DNA of 6,988 nucleotides from a virus: IMG/VR virus record IMGVR_UViG_3300037558_002656; one strand, 5' to 3'. Shown piece by piece: positions 5,277 to 6,988 of this stretch (position 1 is its first letter; each line of letters starts with the position of its first letter). The notes under the pieces were generated by a model. It saw only the letters and a program-made list of their open reading frames with translations, ran no database searches and was not told where the DNA came from. The position numbers and the translations under genes were made by a program.

Positions 5277-5299
5277 CCCTGGTCGCGAAGCGGCCAGGG
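5277..5299 (+). other. GC-rich hairpin immediately 5' of the origin core, capped by GCGAAGC.
   Basis: CCCTGGTCGC gaa GCGGCCAGGG forms a 10-bp stem containing one G-T pair and a GAA loop. Confidence 0.7.
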
Positions 5300-5340
5300 T
5301 CCACCATCTCTAATGGTGGACTTTTGTCTCATGGTGAGAC
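5300..5340 (+). other. Plus-strand (rolling-circle) origin core. The nick is predicted in the hairpin loop after T5311 (CTCT^AATGG).
   Basis: TCCACCAT-ctcta-ATGGTGGA followed by CTTTT and GTCTC-atggt-GAGAC. This parallels the f1 origin as I recall it: GTCCAC-GTTCTTT^AATA-GTGGACT-CTTG-TTCCAAACTGGAA. The cognate Ff-type gII is encoded in the same genome. Confidence 0.65.
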
Positions 5341-5357
5341 TTTTGGATGTTTTTTGA

Positions 5358-5597
5358 TCACCCTTTCACGCGCTTTTTCGGCTTCTTTGTAGAGCCGAAT
5401 TCTTCTTTGTATTCAAGGACATCCTTGGTTGTCACCTTGTCCAGATATCGCCATAGGGCAGCGTTTACTAGGTCGGCTTCTGCGATGTCTTCTCGGGTCT
5501 CGATGATCATGTTTATTCGGCGCTCTTCCAGCACCTCTACGAATTCTTCTTTGACCCTGTAGACCTTGCTCACTGGCTCATTTCTCGTCTGTTTCAT
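5358..5597 (-). CDS. Putative ribbon-helix-helix type transcriptional regulator or phage repressor, 79 aa, divergent from gII.
   Basis: An open frame in an AT-rich stretch, where chance ORFs are rare. KVYRVKEEFVEVLEERR...DIAEADLVNAALWRYL fits a strand-helix-helix pattern, and the tail KKPKKRVKG is basic. The position is analogous to divergent repressors of temperate inoviruses such as CTXphi RstR. Confidence 0.6.
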   Translation of the reverse strand: MKQTRNEPVSKVYRVKEEFVEVLEERRINMIIETREDIAEADLVNAALWRYLDKVTTKDVLEYKEEFGSTKKPKKRVKG

Positions 5598-5622
5598 GGC
5601 GACCCCGTAATTTTGTCACCTG

Positions 5623-5651
5623 TTGCACTGTTACACGTTACAGCGTATAAA
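5623..5651 (+). promoter_or_regulatory. Sigma70-like promoter for gII.
   Basis: -35 TTGCAC (5623-5628), a 17-nt spacer, and -10 TATAAA (5646-5651), located 34 nt upstream of the gII ATG. Confidence 0.55.
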
Positions 5652-5683
5652 TCGCCCCAATCGTAACTTGTAACGGCGTTACA
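5630..5683. promoter_or_regulatory. Operator-like GTTAC(A)/GTAAC repeat array bracketing the -10 box.
   Basis: GTTACA at 5630 and 5637, GTAAC at 5663 and 5670, and GTTACA at 5678. GTTACACGTTAC (5630-5641) matches the reverse complement of 5663-5674 (GTTACAAGTTAC) at 11 of 12 positions, forming an inverted repeat around TATAAA. Confidence 0.6.
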
Positions 5684-5684
5684 G

Positions 5685-6914
5685 ATGCTCGACAAACTGC
5701 ACCTTTTCGTTCCTTTCCGCCTTGAGCACATCAAGCTCCTTGGCGTTGATGGCCGTAGCGATCCGGTTCACTTCGTCGACCTCGAAGCTCTCGAAGTTCC
5801 GTTGCAAGGCCAGATCAGTAGGGGCGATGACGGCAATTTGACTGCCGAGCATCTGCGCCACGCCTGGGAATCACTCTCTACCGGTTTCACGCCGTTGGCC
5901 TTCAAGGTTTTTCATGAGTCGCTTGGTAAGCGACTGATGCCCGGCATCGAGATTAAGGCTAGCCCCGCCAAGCTGCTCCAGGGGCACAACGTGTTCGGCC
6001 CTGTCTGCATCGAGAAGGGCTCTTTGGTCATGCTCAAGTGGATTGCCGGTACTTATCCGAAGCTCGCGCAGATGCTCGATATCTCGGCCACCCAGGTCTA
6101 CGCCCTGGACTGCACCTATAGCGCCCGCATGCCTAACGAGCGCACCGCCCAGCAGGTTATTGATGCACTGCGCGGCACCTCCAACGGCCATACCAAGAGC
6201 CGTGGCGACAACTACCAGACAACTGCGTACTGGGGCGCCAAAGAATCACGCCTCAAGCGCCTCAAGGCGTACCTGAAACACCCCGAGTTCCTGCGTCAGC
6301 TTGAAGACGCCAAGCGGGCAGGGCGGGGCGATCTGTCTGCCGCTCGCACCGCCAAGGTGCTCAGTAACCCCTTACTACAGGAGCACGCCAAGGACTTGCT
6401 CCGTTTCGAGGCCACGGTCATGCACCGCTGGCTTGAGCGTCGCGGCGTCTCGTCGCGGCTTGTTGATCTGATCGCGCACCAGCAGCAGCTCCAAGGGGAG
6501 GGGCGTTGCTTCATTCAAGAGTGCTGGCAGGCGGTCACAGCCCCCATCTTTGCGGCCTTTGAAGGTATGACGATGAAACAGATTGATGATGAAAAAGTGC
6601 TGGCCGCACTGACCGATCGACACATGAAGTACGACCGGAAAGGCCAGCCCAACGACAGCCATGCGCGAAACCTCTTTCGCACCTACCGGAGTATCAAGGA
6701 CTACGGCTGGGACGAGACGATGCAGTCGATGTCCCGCGCCACGTTCTACCGACACATTGCCGAAATTTGCGAGGCAGGCCTCTCGAAAGCCGCCTTGCAG
6801 AAGCTCCACGAATTGGACCGGGGCAACGTCGTTCCGCTTCTGCGCTTTGTGCAGGTCGACTTCTCGGCCCAGCGCCCGAGCTGGTACGTCGAACCCTCGG
6901 TGGAGGCTGCCTGA
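5685..6914 (+). CDS. gII: Replication initiation endonuclease, Ff gII type (Phage_CRI-like family), 409 aa.
   Basis: Several blocks match the M13/f1 pII sequence as I recall it: IEIKASPAKLLQGHNVFG, YSARMPNERTAQQVIDALRGTSNGHTKS, AYLKH, KVLSNP..LLRFEA, AFEG, and NVVPLLRFVQVDFSAQRPSWYVEP. The length is nearly the same as M13 pII (410 aa). Confidence 0.9.
   Translation: MLDKLHLFVPFRLEHIKLLGVDGRSDPVHFVDLEALEVPLQGQISRGDDGNLTAEHLRHAWESLSTGFTPLAFKVFHESLGKRLMPGIEIKASPAKLLQGHNVFGPVCIEKGSLVMLKWIAGTYPKLAQMLDISATQVYALDCTYSARMPNERTAQQVIDALRGTSNGHTKSRGDNYQTTAYWGAKESRLKRLKAYLKHPEFLRQLEDAKRAGRGDLSAARTAKVLSNPLLQEHAKDLLRFEATVMHRWLERRGVSSRLVDLIAHQQQLQGEGRCFIQECWQAVTAPIFAAFEGMTMKQIDDEKVLAALTDRHMKYDRKGQPNDSHARNLFRTYRSIKDYGWDETMQSMSRATFYRHIAEICEAGLSKAALQKLHELDRGNVVPLLRFVQVDFSAQRPSWYVEPSVEAA
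6573..6914 (+). CDS. gX: Nested in-frame gX-like protein (the C-terminal 113 aa of gII).
   Basis: The internal ATG at 6573 is preceded by GAAGG (6561-6565, 7-nt spacing). MKQIDDEKVLAAL aligns with the M13 pX start MNIYDDSAVLDAI as I recall it. Confidence 0.5.
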   Translation: MKQIDDEKVLAALTDRHMKYDRKGQPNDSHARNLFRTYRSIKDYGWDETMQSMSRATFYRHIAEICEAGLSKAALQKLHELDRGNVVPLLRFVQVDFSAQRPSWYVEPSVEAA

Positions 6915-6988
6915 TGAAAGCCCCTCTGCGTTTCGCCTTCGGCTGGGTTCTCTACCTGGCCATTCTCATGGGCATCAATCCAATCATG
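6862..6988. repeat. Right copy of the terminal redundancy (identical to 1-127).
   Basis: Same comparison as the left copy. It spans the gII stop and the orf80 start overlap. Confidence 0.9.
6914..6988 (+). CDS. 5' part of the 80-aa membrane ORF (partial, duplicate of 53-127).
   Basis: Identical to 53-127 because of the terminal redundancy. Confidence 0.7.
   Translation, partial: MKAPLRFAFGWVLYLAILMGINPIM

Larger units (their letters stand above)
1..6861 (+). mobile_element. Complete genome unit of a filamentous phage (Inoviridae), circularly permuted. The window + strand is the viral, gene-sense strand.
   Basis: Exact 127-nt terminal redundancy (1-127 = 6862-6988) closes the circle. Gene order and protein architectures follow the Ff pattern gII/gX-gV-gVIII-gIII-gVI-gI. 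The size of about 6.9 kb is typical of inoviruses. Confidence 0.9.

Noticed and set aside
5300-5345. The two hairpins followed by short T runs first looked like tandem rho-independent terminators ending the + strand operon.
   Set aside because: Their order, loop sequence (CTCTAATGG) and the adjacent second inverted repeat match the layout of the Ff plus-strand origin much better. The T runs are only 4 nt. They may still attenuate transcription, but origin is the primary call.
5189-5562. Plus-strand ORFs 5189..5392 and 5347..5562.
   Set aside because: The first runs through the origin hairpins. The second is antisense to the better-supported RHH-like ORF, is Ser/Phe-rich and has no SD.
5871-6809. 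Minus-strand ORFs 5871..6191, 6296..6514 and 6375..6809, the + strand ORF 6043..6276, and 5679..5861 (-).
   Set aside because: All lie within gII, whose frame is validated by multiple Ff pII-like motifs. None has an SD.

Overview
The window is one complete, circularly permuted genome of a filamentous ssDNA phage (Inoviridae). Bases 1-127 are repeated exactly at 6862-6988, so the unit length is 6861 bp, and the replication gene that runs off the right end finishes at the left end.

The + strand carries a classical Ff-type gene order:
- gII replication initiator with a nested gX
- an 80-aa membrane ORF
- a gV-position candidate ssDNA-binding protein
- a 71-aa membrane protein
- the gVIII major coat gene followed by a strong terminator
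- a gIII-like adsorption protein
- gVI
- a gI/Zot assembly ATPase

No secretin (gIV) and no integrase are encoded.

The roughly 1.36 kb between gI and gII is the unusual part. It holds:
- an unannotated 36-aa CxxC...CxxC miniprotein
- a 93-nt imperfect hairpin whose two arms are inverted dif-like XerC/XerD sites, resembling the CTXphi-style ssDNA-folded attP
- a 78-aa ORF whose ribosome-binding site lies inside that hairpin
- two tandem copies of a three-hairpin module with compensatory stem changes
- a minus-strand 64-aa signal-anchor ORF
- an origin core that, from memory, closely resembles the f1/M13 plus-strand origin
- a divergent minus-strand RHH-like regulator separated from gII by a sigma70-like promoter embedded in GTTAC repeats

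Composition is mosaic. The gV region, the N-terminal half of gIII and the regulator gene are clearly more AT-rich than gI, gII and the C-terminal half of gIII.

All functional calls rest on reading the sequence and on recalled Ff/CTXphi biology. No database search was run.
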